Origin: an uncultured Gemmatimonadaceae bacterium
GTDB lineage: Bacteria; Gemmatimonadota; Gemmatimonadetes; Gemmatimonadales; Gemmatimonadaceae
Direction of reading: 5' to 3'
Length of the DNA: 64,000 bases
Assembly (NCBI GenBank): GCA_963843845.1
Contig: CAWJMB010000002.1
Span: forward strand, 928,001-992,000
Below, one piece after another: positions 42,716 through 52,030 of the stretch. Position numbers and translations under genes: made by a program. Each line of letters opens with the position of its first letter. Within the stretch, counting starts at the first letter, position 1. The notes under the pieces were generated by a model that did not search any database, was not told the DNA's origin, and saw nothing but the letters and a program-made list of their open reading frames with translations.

Positions 42716-43830
42716 ATGAGCCGGTCGTGGGACGCGATCGTCATCGGCGCCGGCATCGTGGGCGCCGCGTGCGCCGAGTCGCTCGCGCGCGACGGGCGGC
42801 GCGTGCTCGTCCTCGACGCGCGCTACGCCGCGGGCGGCACGACGGCCGCGGGGATGGGGCACCTCGTCGCGATGGACGACTCGCCGGAGCAGCTCGCGCT
42901 GACGACGCTGTCGAACACGCTGTGGCGCGAGCTGGCTGCCGAGCTGCCGCCCGCCGTCGAGTACCAGCCGTGCGGCACGATCTGGGTCGCCGAGAACGAC
43001 GCGCAGCTCGACGCGGTCCGCGGGAAGCGGCAGGTCTACGCCGCGCACGGCGTCGCCAGCGACATCGTCGCCCCGCACGAGCTGCGCGCGCTCGAGCCGC
43101 GGCTGCGCGACGGACTCGCCGGCGGGCTGCTCGTTCCCGGCGACGGCGTCGTCTACCAGCCGCGCGCGACGCTCTGGCTGCTCGAGCGCGCGCGCTCGTT
43201 CGGCGCCGTCGTGCGCGAGGGCGTGCGCGTCGATCGCATCGCCGACCACACGGTCCACTGCGGCACCGAGACGGTCGGCGCCGACGTCATCGTGAACGCC
43301 GCCGGCGCCGAGGCCGCCCGCCTCACGCCGGAGCTGCCGATCGTACCGCGCAAAGGGCACCTGGCGATCACCGATCGGTACCCCGGTTTCGTGCGGCACC
43401 AGCTCGTCGAGCTCGGCTACCTCACGAGCGCGCACGTCATGACGAGCGAGTCGGTCGCGTTCAACGTGCAGCCGCGCGCCACCGAGCAGGTGCTCGTCGG
43501 CTCGTCTCGCGAGCTGGTCGGATGGGATGCGTCGATCAACCGCGCGATCCTGCGCCGCATGCTCGATCGCGCCGTCGAGTTCATGCCGGCGCTCGCCGGG
43601 TTGCGGTCGTGCGCACGTGGACCGGCTTTCGCCCTGCGACGCCCGACAAGCTTCCGCTCATCGGCGCCTGGCCGCTCGTCGCCGGGCTCTGCGTCGCCGC
43701 CGGCCACGAAGGGCTCGGCATCACGACGTCGTTAGGCACGGCGCGGCTGCTCGCGGACCTCGTCGCCGAACGCACGCCGCCGATCGACGCGGCGCCGTTC
43801 GCGCCGGCGCGCGCGCTCGCGGCGGCCTGA
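42716..43830 (+). CDS. lhpB: FAD-dependent D-hydroxyproline dehydrogenase catalytic subunit (DAO family), frameshift near 43605
   Basis: IGAGIVG, TTAAGMGH, PRKGHL; second frame WTGFRPATPD, GHEGLGIT. Confidence 0.8.
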
Positions 43831-43866
43831 CGGATGGAGACCCGGTCAGTGACACTCGTCGTCGAC

Positions 43867-43947
43867 CGTGCCGACCGTGCCGACCGTGCCGACCGTGCCG
43901 ACCGTGCCGACCGTGCCGACCGTGCCGACCGTGCCGACCGTGCCGAC
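43867..43947. repeat. 9-bp tandem repeat CGTGCCGAC x9 between two copies of GTGAC(A/G)CTCGTCGTCGAC
   Basis: Read directly; the flanking direct repeats start at 43849 and 43949. Confidence 0.92.
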
Positions 43948-43948
43948 C

Positions 43949-44206
43949 GTGACGCTCGTCGTCGACGGACGGACGACGGTCGTGCCGGCCGGCGTGAGCG
44001 TCGCCGCCGCGCTGTTGGGCGCCGGCGTCACGGCGACGCGCCGCTCCGCGTCCGGCGAGCCGCGCGCGCCACTCTGCGGGATGGGAATCTGTTACGAGTG
44101 CCGCGTCACGATCGACGGCGCGCCGCAACGTCGCGCCTGCCTGGTCTCGGTCGCCGACGGCATGGATGTGCGCACTGCTGCCGCACGACCGGACGGCGGT
44201 GCCTGA
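43949..44206 (+). CDS. 2Fe-2S subunit of D-hydroxyproline dehydrogenase (HcnA/opine oxidase small subunit family)
   Basis: PLCGMGICYECRV...RAC; start uncertain because of the upstream repeat. Confidence 0.82.
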   Translation: MTLVVDGRTTVVPAGVSVAAALLGAGVTATRRSASGEPRAPLCGMGICYECRVTIDGAPQRRACLVSVADGMDVRTAAARPDGGA

Positions 44207-44207
44207 C

Positions 44208-45533
44208 ATGCGCGACGTTCCTGAGGCCGGGCGCTTCGACGTCGCGGTCGTCGGCGGGGGACCGGCCGGGCTCGCGGCGGCGACGCGCGCTGCGGAGACC
44301 GGTGCGCGCGTCGTCGTGCTCGACGAGAGTCCGAACGTCGGCGGCCAGATCTGGCGGCATCGCGCCGGCACGCGCCCGCCGCGAGCCGCCCGGCGATGGA
44401 TCGATCGCTGCGCGCGTTCGGGCGCGGCGCACGTCGCCGGCGCGACGGTGTTCGACGCGACCGTGGCATCCAGGCGCGTCGACGTGGCGGACTCGCACGC
44501 CGCGCGGCCTGCCGACGCGCCGTCGCACATCGAGCTCGTCGCCGAGCGCGAGGGGCGACCGCTGCGGATCGAGGCGCGTTCGGTGGTGCTCGCGACCGGC
44601 GCGCGCGAGCTGTTTCTTCCGTTCCCCGGGTGGACCCTCCCCGGCGTCTACGGCGTCGGCGGCGCGCAGGCGCTGCACAAGGCCGGGCTCTCGTTCGCCG
44701 GCAAGCGCGTCGTGATCGCCGGGAGCGGACCGCTGCTGCTCCCCGTCGCCGCGTCGCTCGCGTCCGACGGCGCGACCGTCGCCCTCGTCGCCGAGCAGGC
44801 GCCGTTGGGCGCGCTCGTGCGATTCGCCACCGGGTTGTGGCGCCATCCGTCCGCCGTGCTCGAAGGCGCCCGCTACCGTGCCGGATTCGCGCGCACGCCC
44901 TACCGCGCCGGCTGGTGGGTCGTCGAGGCGCGCGGCGACGCGACCGTGCGCGAGGTCGTCGTGACGGACGGCCGCGAGCGGCGTACGCTCGCCTGCGACG
45001 CGCTGTGCACCGGGTTCGGCCTGATCCCGAACACCGAGCTGGCCGTTCTCCTCGGCGCCTCGCTCTCGGGCGGCGACGTGGTCGTCGACGCGCACCAGAC
45101 GACGACGGTGCCGCACGTGTTCTCCGCCGGCGAGACGACCGGCGTCGGCGGCGTGGACCTCGCGCTCGCCGAAGGGGAGATCGCCGGCCTCTGTGCCGTC
45201 GGGCGCCACGCCGAGGCCCGAGCGTTCTTCTCGCGGCGCGACCGGCTGCGCGCATTCGCCGCATCGCTCGAGCGCACGTTCGCGCCGCGCGCCGAGCTCC
45301 GCTCGCTCGCGACCCCGTCGACGATCGTCTGTCGCTGCGAGGACGTGCCGCTGGGCGCGATCAGTCCTGCGTGGTCGGCGCGGCAGGCGAAGCTCTACAC
45401 GCGTGCCGGAATGGGCCCGTGTCAGGGCCGCGTCTGCGGCGCCGCGCTCTCGTTCGTCTGCGGTTTCCCGCCCGACAGCATCCGTCCACCGACCGCGTCG
45501 GCACTGTTAGGCACGTTGACGTCGAGAGACTGA
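44208..45533 (+). CDS. FAD/NAD-binding subunit of D-hydroxyproline dehydrogenase (HcnB/OoxA family)
   Basis: GGGPAG, LATGARELFLPFPGWTLPGV, VCRCEDV, RAGMGPCQGRVC. Confidence 0.82.
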   Translation: MRDVPEAGRFDVAVVGGGPAGLAAATRAAETGARVVVLDESPNVGGQIWRHRAGTRPPRAARRWIDRCARSGAAHVAGATVFDATVASRRVDVADSHAARPADAPSHIELVAEREGRPLRIEARSVVLATGARELFLPFPGWTLPGVYGVGGAQALHKAGLSFAGKRVVIAGSGPLLLPVAASLASDGATVALVAEQAPLGALVRFATGLWRHPSAVLEGARYRAGFARTPYRAGWWVVEARGDATVREVVVTDGRERRTLACDALCTGFGLIPNTELAVLLGASLSGGDVVVDAHQTTTVPHVFSAGETTGVGGVDLALAEGEIAGLCAVGRHAEARAFFSRRDRLRAFAASLERTFAPRAELRSLATPSTIVCRCEDVPLGAISPAWSARQAKLYTRAGMGPCQGRVCGAALSFVCGFPPDSIRPPTASALLGTLTSRD

Positions 45534-45547
45534 CGCGCTCGGGTCGC

Positions 45548-46456
45548 TCACACGGCCACCGCCGGCCGCGCCGCGAGCTGCCGCCGGATGATCGCGAGCG
45601 CCGCGTCCAGCTCCGCCCCCTCGAGCGCCAGCCGCGGCCCACGCACGCGTACCGAGCCGCGCCCGAGCTCCGCCTGCACGAGCTTGATGAGCTGTACGAA
45701 CTTCGGCACCGTGTCGAGGCGCAGCAGCGGCAGGAACCAGTGATACAGCGCGAGCGCTTCCTCCCACTGTCCGCGCTGCGCGAGCTCGAACAGCCGTACC
45801 GACTCTGCCGGCAGTGCGTTCACGAGCCCCGCGATCCAGCCGACCGCGCCCGTCGGCACCGCCTCGAGAATCATGTCGTCCATGCCGGCGAACACGTTCA
45901 GGCGGTCGCCCAGCGCCTCGCGCACCGCCGTCACGCGTCGCGCGTCGCCGCTCGACTCCTTCACCGCGTGCAGGTTGTCGTACTCCGCGGCGAGCTCCAT
46001 GAGGTGCGGGGGCAGCACGTCCGTGCGGTACGCGACGGGGTTGTTGTAGAGCATGCACGACAGCCCCGTCGCGCTGAAGATCGCGCCGTAATGCGCGCGG
46101 GTCTCGCGCCAGTCGCTCCAGTACACGTAGGCCGGGAGCGCCATGAGCCCTTCGCACCCGGCGCGCTCGGCCTCCTGCGCGAGGGCGACGCATTCCGCCG
46201 TGGCGAGCCCGGCGATCCCCGCGACGACCGGCACGCGCTCGCCGACCGAGCCGACGCACGTGCGCAGGATCGCCACCTTCTCGTCGAACCCGAGCGTCGC
46301 CGACTCGCCGAGCGAGCCTAACGCGACGATCGCGCGCACGCCGTTGTCGACGAGCCACGAGACGTGCTCGGCGAGGAATCCGTGGTCGACCGCGAGGTCG
46401 TCGCGGAACGGCGTCGTGATGGCGGCGAAGACGCCGGTCCAGTGCGATTGCTGCAT
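45548..46456 (-). CDS. lhpC: DHDPS-family enzyme, probable delta1-pyrroline-4-hydroxy-2-carboxylate deaminase
   Basis: WTGVFAAITTPF, GSLGE, LYNNPVAY, VKESSGD, PKFVQLIKL; context. Confidence 0.8.
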   Translation of the reverse strand: MQQSHWTGVFAAITTPFRDDLAVDHGFLAEHVSWLVDNGVRAIVALGSLGESATLGFDEKVAILRTCVGSVGERVPVVAGIAGLATAECVALAQEAERAGCEGLMALPAYVYWSDWRETRAHYGAIFSATGLSCMLYNNPVAYRTDVLPPHLMELAAEYDNLHAVKESSGDARRVTAVREALGDRLNVFAGMDDMILEAVPTGAVGWIAGLVNALPAESVRLFELAQRGQWEEALALYHWFLPLLRLDTVPKFVQLIKLVQAELGRGSVRVRGPRLALEGAELDAALAIIRRQLAARPAVAV

Positions 46457-46500
46457 CGTGTGGTCTCCGCCGCGGCGGTGGGGGGAAAGGCGCGGCGGAT

Positions 46501-46529
46501 ATTGTATCCAATGCCGGACGGCTCGGCAA
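46501..46529 (-). promoter_or_regulatory. Sigma70-type promoter of the deaminase gene with overlapping GntR/HypR-type operator
   Basis: Minus strand TTGCCG (46529-46524), 17 nt, TACAAT (46506-46501); operator ATTGTATCCAAT at 46501-46512. Confidence 0.65.
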
Positions 46530-46581
46530 GCGACGGCCGCCGCGCGGGAAACAGGGCGGCGAGGGGCACCGTAGTGCCGGC

Positions 46582-47778
46582 ATGCGCATTCCGCCGCACC
46601 GAGACATTCAGCGCGTCGTCGCGGCCGTCGTCGCGGCCGTCGTCGCGGCCGCCGCGGCCGCCGCCGCCGGCTGCGCGCGCGCGACGTCGGGCGAGCCGGC
46701 GCGGCTGTCGCCGTCATCGCTGGCGCAACTCGCCGTGCCGATCGACTCGCTGCGGCGCGCCGCGGGCATCCCGGGACTCGCCGTCGCGATCGTCGCCGAC
46801 GGCGCCGTCGTGCTCTCGCGCGGCTTCGGCTACGCGGACGTCGAGCGGCGGCGGCCGGTCGACGGCGACACGCCGTTCAACATCGCGTCGGTCACGAAGC
46901 CGATCGCCGCCGTCGTCGCGCTCACGCTCGTTCAGCGCGGGCGGCTCGATCTCGACCGCCCGATGACGTCGTACGCCGGGTTCGCGGCGTTCTGCGCGGA
47001 CGTGCGCGCCGAGCCGGGCATCTTCTTTCGCGATTACGCGTGCGACGCGCGCGACGCGTGCGACGCGCGCGACACCCCGGCGCTGTCGATGCGTCACGTG
47101 CTGTCGATGACGGCGAACGGCACGCCCGGCACGCGCTTTCTCTACAACCCGATGTCGTACTCGTGGGCGTCGCGCCCCATGGCGCAGGTGAGCGGCGTGT
47201 CGTTCTCGGCGCTCGTCGATTCGCTCGTCTTCCGACCGGCCGGGATGCGCCACTCGGCGCGCATCAATCGACAGCTCCCGCTCCGCGCGGACCTCGCCGC
47301 GCGGCTCGCGCTCCCGTATCACGTCGACTCCGCGGCGCCGCACGGTCCGCCGATCCGCTCGACACCGCCGCCGCCGCAAGGCGACGGTGCCGCGGGCGGC
47401 GTCATCTCGACGGCGAACGACCTCGCGCGCTTCGACCTCGCGCTCGACGCCGGCCGGCTGCTCCCCGACTCGCTCCGCGCCGCGCTCTGGACGCCGACGC
47501 GCACGCCTTCAGGCACGACGCTGCCCTACGGACTCGGCTGGTTCGTGCAGGACGTCGGCGGCTGCCGCGTCGTCTGGCACACCGGGCTGTGGGAGGGGCG
47601 CTACTCCGCGCTGTATCTGAAGCTCCCGGCCGCCCGGGTGACGATGATCCTGCTCGCCAACAGCGACGGCTTGCAGTGGCCGACGCCGCTCGACGGCGCG
47701 GACATCAGCCGCTCTCCGTTTGCGCGCCTGTTGCTGTCGGAGACGTGCGCATCGGCTTCGGCGCCTCCGCGTCGGTGA
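46582..47778 (+). CDS. Serine hydrolase, beta-lactamase/AmpC-like family
   Basis: IASVTK (SxxK), FLYNP, YGLGW, WHTG. Confidence 0.85.
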   Translation: MRIPPHRDIQRVVAAVVAAVVAAAAAAAAGCARATSGEPARLSPSSLAQLAVPIDSLRRAAGIPGLAVAIVADGAVVLSRGFGYADVERRRPVDGDTPFNIASVTKPIAAVVALTLVQRGRLDLDRPMTSYAGFAAFCADVRAEPGIFFRDYACDARDACDARDTPALSMRHVLSMTANGTPGTRFLYNPMSYSWASRPMAQVSGVSFSALVDSLVFRPAGMRHSARINRQLPLRADLAARLALPYHVDSAAPHGPPIRSTPPPPQGDGAAGGVISTANDLARFDLALDAGRLLPDSLRAALWTPTRTPSGTTLPYGLGWFVQDVGGCRVVWHTGLWEGRYSALYLKLPAARVTMILLANSDGLQWPTPLDGADISRSPFARLLLSETCASASAPPRR

Positions 47779-47980
47779 CCTCGACGCGATCGAGCGGGCC
47801 GATCAGCGCCCGCAGCCGCGCTGCCAGCCCGGCGCGAGTCTCACGCGTGCGAACGTACCACGACTCCGGCGGCGTGTACGGACGCGGGCGCGCGATCTCG
47901 ACGTGGCGCAGAGCGAGGAAGAACAGGTCGTAGTGGCGGGGCTCGCGCCCGAGCCGATACGCGACGGTATAGTACGGCAT
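47705..47980 (-). CDS. Small hypothetical protein, possible Cas2/VapD-like ferredoxin fold
   Basis: YTVAYRL...YDLF...ESWYVRT...LRALIGPLDRVEV pattern; overlaps the 3' end of the serine hydrolase. Confidence 0.4.
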   Translation of the reverse strand: MPYYTVAYRLGREPRHYDLFFLALRHVEIARPRPYTPPESWYVRTRETRAGLAARLRALIGPLDRVEVTDAEAPKPMRTSPTATGAQTESG

Positions 47981-48022
47981 CGCCAGTCTCTCCGCGGACG
48001 TCACTGTGATCGAGTCCTACGC

Positions 48023-48334
48023 ATGCCGATGACCGGAAAGGAACGCGCGGCCCTGCGCGCCGAAGCTCACCACCTCACGCCGCTCGTGCACGTCGGCCAC
48101 CAGGGGCTCACGCCGACCGTCTTCCAGACGCTCGACGACGCGCTGCGTACCCACGAGCTCGTGAAAGTCCAACTCGGCCGCACCGTCGACGTGCCGGCGA
48201 AGGACGCGGCGAACGCGCTCGCGACCGAGGCGTCGGCCGAGGTCGTGCAGGTCATCGGCAAGACCGCGACGCTCTACCGCCACAACCCGGGCCTGAAGCG
48301 CAAGCCCGGCGCGGCGCCGCCGTGGCGTGCCTGA
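48023..48334 (+). CDS. yhbY: YhbY/CRM RNA-binding protein
   Basis: TGKERAALRAEAHHLTPLVHVG, HELVKV, VQVIGK...LYR. Confidence 0.9.
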   Translation: MPMTGKERAALRAEAHHLTPLVHVGHQGLTPTVFQTLDDALRTHELVKVQLGRTVDVPAKDAANALATEASAEVVQVIGKTATLYRHNPGLKRKPGAAPPWRA

Positions 48335-48360
48335 CGGATCTCGTCAGGCACGCCCGCGAC

Positions 48361-51300
48361 TCACCACCCCGGCGCGAGCTGGAACCCGAACCGCGGACCT
48401 CGCCCCGGGCGCTGGAACGCCTTCGCGTAGAACGTCTCGAGCACCGCGTAGCCGAACAGGTTCACGCGCGCCGTCACCCCGGCGCTGACCACCGGGATGC
48501 GCTCGATCGTCGTGCGCGCCTCGTTGCCCGTCACGAAGCGGAGCGTCGGGCTCTCGCCCCGGTTCCACGCGACGCCCGCGTCCACGAACGGCGCGATCTC
48601 GAGCGGAATGATGTTCGTTCGGATGAGGCTCAGCCCCTCGATGCCGAGGAGCGGGATGCGGATCTCGGCGCTCGCGATGCCGACGCGGCTGCCGAGCAGT
48701 CGGTCGAACACCGGACAGGTCGAGATCGTCGACGACGACGACGAGGTCCCGCATTCCGCCGGGTCGAACGAGTTGTACACGTCGTAGCCGCGCACGAACT
48801 GCGCGTTGCCGAGGTAGATCGGATAGAGCAGCGAGTCGTTCTGCGCGTCCTTGCCGTAGCGGCCGTAGTGGAGCGCGCGCACGGCGAACGTGACCGGCCG
48901 CGCGAGCAGGTAGCGGCGGTAGTCGGCCGTCGCCGTCGTCAGGCTGATCTGTCCGACCGAGGGGCTCACGTCGAAGCGGTAGCGGCCGCCCGCGATCGGC
49001 GAGGTGTAGCCGAACGTCGAATAGTCGCCGACGAACGCGAACTGCGCGTTCGCGTAGGTACGCGGGCCCGGCACGTTGCCGCGGACGCGCTCCTGCCCGA
49101 CCACGCCTCCCGAATTGGGGTCGAGGTAGTAGCGATACGTGTCGACGCGGTAGCTCTGCCGCGTTCCGGTCAGCGCCATCTCGAGGCGCTGCGATCGTGA
49201 CAGCGGGTACTGCAGGATGCCGCCGACCTGGTCGGTGTAGAAGCGGAGCAGGTTCTGGTCGACCACCACGGCGCCCGTCTGCTGGTCGAGGTAGGGCTGC
49301 GTCTGGTAGCCCGTCAGGTACGGGATGCGCCCGACCAGCGCCGCGTAGTTCCAGCGGTGCTTGAAGTTCGTGTACAGCGCCTGCCCGCCGATGTCCTGGA
49401 TGTCTCCCTGCGCCTGCAGCACCGTGACGAGGTTGCGGTTGCCGAGCTGGTCGCTGAACCCGAACGCGACGCCGCCGGCGAACTGCGTCCCGAAGGCGCC
49501 GCCCGTCTGCACGCCGATCGTCGGCGGGGCGATGTAGTCGAGGTGCAGTGCGGGGCTGTACGGGCGCTCGGTGAACTCGCCCGTCGTCGCCGGCAGTCCG
49601 GTGGACGCGTCGGCGAGGTACCCCTCGATCGTGCTCGTGTAGCGCGGTTGGAAGGGCGGCAGCCGCCCGCCGACCGCGGCGGGCTGGGCGTTCGTCGTGC
49701 CGGTCGTCGTCGTCGCGCCACTCGTCGCGGCCGTCGTCGTCCCCGCGACGTCGGTGACGGGCCCGCCGGTGACGGGGGTGCCTAACGCCTGCGCGCCGTC
49801 GAGCCGCACGATGTTGTTGCCCTGCCGGTCGAAGACGGAGAAGGCGATGCGCCCCGTGTTGCGCGCGAGGGCCAACGCGGGCGAGAGCGACGTGACGCCG
49901 ATGACGCCCGTTCGCACGCGCGTCACCTGCGCCAGCGCGCCGGTGGCGATGTCCATCCGGTAGACGTCGTTGAATCCGGTGCGGTCGCTCACGAAGTACA
50001 CCGAGCGGCCGTCGGGCGAGAAGTGCGGGTTGATCGACTTCGCGCCCGGCGCGGGCACCGGCAGCAGGCGGATCTGCTTCGTCGCGACGTCGATCATGCC
50101 GACCCGCATCGGGCCGAACGTGAGGCGGTCGATGTCGGTCTGCGTGCCGCGGTCGGTCACGAACGCGATCGAGCGGCCATCCGGACTCCACGACGGCTGC
50201 AGCTCCGCCTCGCGTCCCTCGGTGAGCCGCGTGATCGCGTCGGTCGCGAGGTCGTACACGTAGAGGTCGGTGACGCCGCCGATCGATCCGGAGAACGCGA
50301 TCGAGCGGCCGTCGGGGCTCCACGCCGGGTCGGACGCCGTCCCGAAGTCCGCGGTCTTCAGGCTGCGGATCTCGCGCCCCTCGTCGATGTCGTAGAGGCG
50401 GATCGTCTGGTCGCCCTTCTGATAGACCACGTACGCGAGCTGCCTGCCGTCGGGCGAGAACGTGCCTCCCGTCTGGATGAACGAGAGCGCGTCGTAGTGG
50501 CGCGGCGAGTTGATGCTGCTCAGGCGGCGGAACACGCGCCCCGTCTCGACGTCGGCGACGTAGATGTCGATGCCGAACAGGTCGCGGCTCGAGTAGAAGG
50601 CGATGCGGCGCCCGTCGGGGCTCAGCGTCGGCGAGACGTTGTACTCGCTGCCACGCTTGTCGCGCTGCGTGATGACCGGCGTCGCCGTCGAGTCGGGGGG
50701 CGTGCGGTTCGCGAGCAGCGGCAGGTACGCGTCCTTGATCGCCGCCTTCCAGTCCTTCGAGAGCTGCTCCGTCGAGACGTCGAGCACGCGGCGGATGGCG
50801 CCCTCGAACCCGTACCGCAGAGACGAGCGGTAGACGTCGACGACGGCCTGGTCGCCGTAGCGCCCGCCGACGTACGCCCAGAGCGCCTGGCCGTAGCGGT
50901 ACGGGAAGTACTTCGGGTCGGTGTTGAGCTGCTTGATCGTGGGCACGTCGTCGCGGCGCGCGGCGTCGCGGAGCCACGTCGCGGTGTTCGAGTCGTCCCT
51001 GCCTAACGACAGGTACTCGGCCATCCCTTCCACGAGCCAGAGGGGAAGGCCGTTCAGCCCGATGCTCCGCCCGCTCCCCGGCACCGACGCCTGCTTCTCG
51101 GCGATGTCGTACTGGAACACGTGCACGATCTCGTGGCCGAGGACGTGGTGCGTGTCGAAGTACGAGCCGGTGTGGGGCATGACGACGCGCTGGCGGAACC
51201 CTTCGGTCACGCCCCCGGTGCCCTCGCTCTCGATCTGGGTGACGTTGTTCTGCTGGAAGTCGGGCTGGTCGGCGAAGAAGATGATCGTCTTCCGCTCGGT

Positions 51301-51570
51301 GAACTGGTGCCGCATGAACGGGCTCAGTCGCGCGTACCAGCGCTCCGCCATGCGCGCCGCGTCGGCGGTCGCGACCCCCTCCGACGGGTAGTAGTTCACG
51401 TCGAAGTGCGGCGTCTGGATGACTTTGAAGTCGTAGGTCTCGTAGTTGACCTTGTTCTGCCCGAAGTACTGGGCCGACGCCGGCGCTGGCGCGGCGGCGA
51501 GCGCCACGACGGTCGTGGTCGTGGCGAACGCGCCGGACTGCACCGCGCGCGCGAGGGCGTGACGAAACAT
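48361..51570 (-). CDS. Outer-membrane protein: zincin-like domain + PD40/TolB propeller + Omp85-like barrel
   Basis: Signal peptide; HEIVH and WLVEGMAEY; repeated SPDGR; VRGY; amphipathic strands ending FGFQLAPGW. Confidence 0.75.
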   Translation of the reverse strand: MFRHALARAVQSGAFATTTTVVALAAAPAPASAQYFGQNKVNYETYDFKVIQTPHFDVNYYPSEGVATADAARMAERWYARLSPFMRHQFTERKTIIFFADQPDFQQNNVTQIESEGTGGVTEGFRQRVVMPHTGSYFDTHHVLGHEIVHVFQYDIAEKQASVPGSGRSIGLNGLPLWLVEGMAEYLSLGRDDSNTATWLRDAARRDDVPTIKQLNTDPKYFPYRYGQALWAYVGGRYGDQAVVDVYRSSLRYGFEGAIRRVLDVSTEQLSKDWKAAIKDAYLPLLANRTPPDSTATPVITQRDKRGSEYNVSPTLSPDGRRIAFYSSRDLFGIDIYVADVETGRVFRRLSSINSPRHYDALSFIQTGGTFSPDGRQLAYVVYQKGDQTIRLYDIDEGREIRSLKTADFGTASDPAWSPDGRSIAFSGSIGGVTDLYVYDLATDAITRLTEGREAELQPSWSPDGRSIAFVTDRGTQTDIDRLTFGPMRVGMIDVATKQIRLLPVPAPGAKSINPHFSPDGRSVYFVSDRTGFNDVYRMDIATGALAQVTRVRTGVIGVTSLSPALALARNTGRIAFSVFDRQGNNIVRLDGAQALGTPVTGGPVTDVAGTTTAATSGATTTTGTTNAQPAAVGGRLPPFQPRYTSTIEGYLADASTGLPATTGEFTERPYSPALHLDYIAPPTIGVQTGGAFGTQFAGGVAFGFSDQLGNRNLVTVLQAQGDIQDIGGQALYTNFKHRWNYAALVGRIPYLTGYQTQPYLDQQTGAVVVDQNLLRFYTDQVGGILQYPLSRSQRLEMALTGTRQSYRVDTYRYYLDPNSGGVVGQERVRGNVPGPRTYANAQFAFVGDYSTFGYTSPIAGGRYRFDVSPSVGQISLTTATADYRRYLLARPVTFAVRALHYGRYGKDAQNDSLLYPIYLGNAQFVRGYDVYNSFDPAECGTSSSSSTISTCPVFDRLLGSRVGIASAEIRIPLLGIEGLSLIRTNIIPLEIAPFVDAGVAWNRGESPTLRFVTGNEARTTIERIPVVSAGVTARVNLFGYAVLETFYAKAFQRPGRGPRFGFQLAPGW

Positions 51571-51762
51571 CGCGATCTCCCTTGAAGTGCGGGCCGCTCT
51601 GCCGGCGGCGAGATGGAGCCGAACGCGACTCGGGCAACAGCCATACCACAGCCCGGTGCCGTCGTCCCACGAGAAACACGCGACCCCGCGCGTCACCTAC
51701 CCCGTGACCAACGCCGATTCTATCTTTCGCGCCGCACTCCTCGCCTCTCTCCCGATCTCCCG

Positions 51763-52027
51763 ATGCCGTACGTCATCACCGAAGCCTGCATCAGCGTCAA
51801 GGACAAGTCGTGCGTCGACGTCTGCCCGGTCGACTGCATCTACGAGGGCCCCGAGCAGCTGTTACATCCACCCGGACGAGTGCATCGACTGCGGCGCGTG
51901 CGAGCCGGAGTGCCCGGTGACCGCGATCTTCCCGGACGAGGACGTGCCGGCGCAGCTCAAGGACTACGTCCGGAAGAACCGCGAGATCTTCACGAGCGAC
52001 GCACCGCCGGGGCGCCCGACGCGCTGA
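51763..52027 (+). CDS. fdxA: 7Fe-type ferredoxin (FdxA family), frameshift near 51862
   Basis: [23 protein letters not shown] then [22 protein letters not shown] in the next frame. Confidence 0.88.
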
Positions 52028-52030
52028 GCG

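Noticed and set aside
42716..45533. Hydrogen cyanide synthase hcnABC or opine oxidase
   Set aside because: Same protein families, but the flanking epimerase, deaminase and semialdehyde dehydrogenase point to D-hydroxyproline dehydrogenase
45548..46456. Lysine-pathway dapA
   Set aside because: Has GSLGE rather than GTTGE and shares an operator with the hydroxyproline block
46582..47778. Bona fide beta-lactam resistance gene
   Set aside because: Only general SxxK serine-hydrolase family motifs; nothing specific to class A/C/D enzymes and no mobile context
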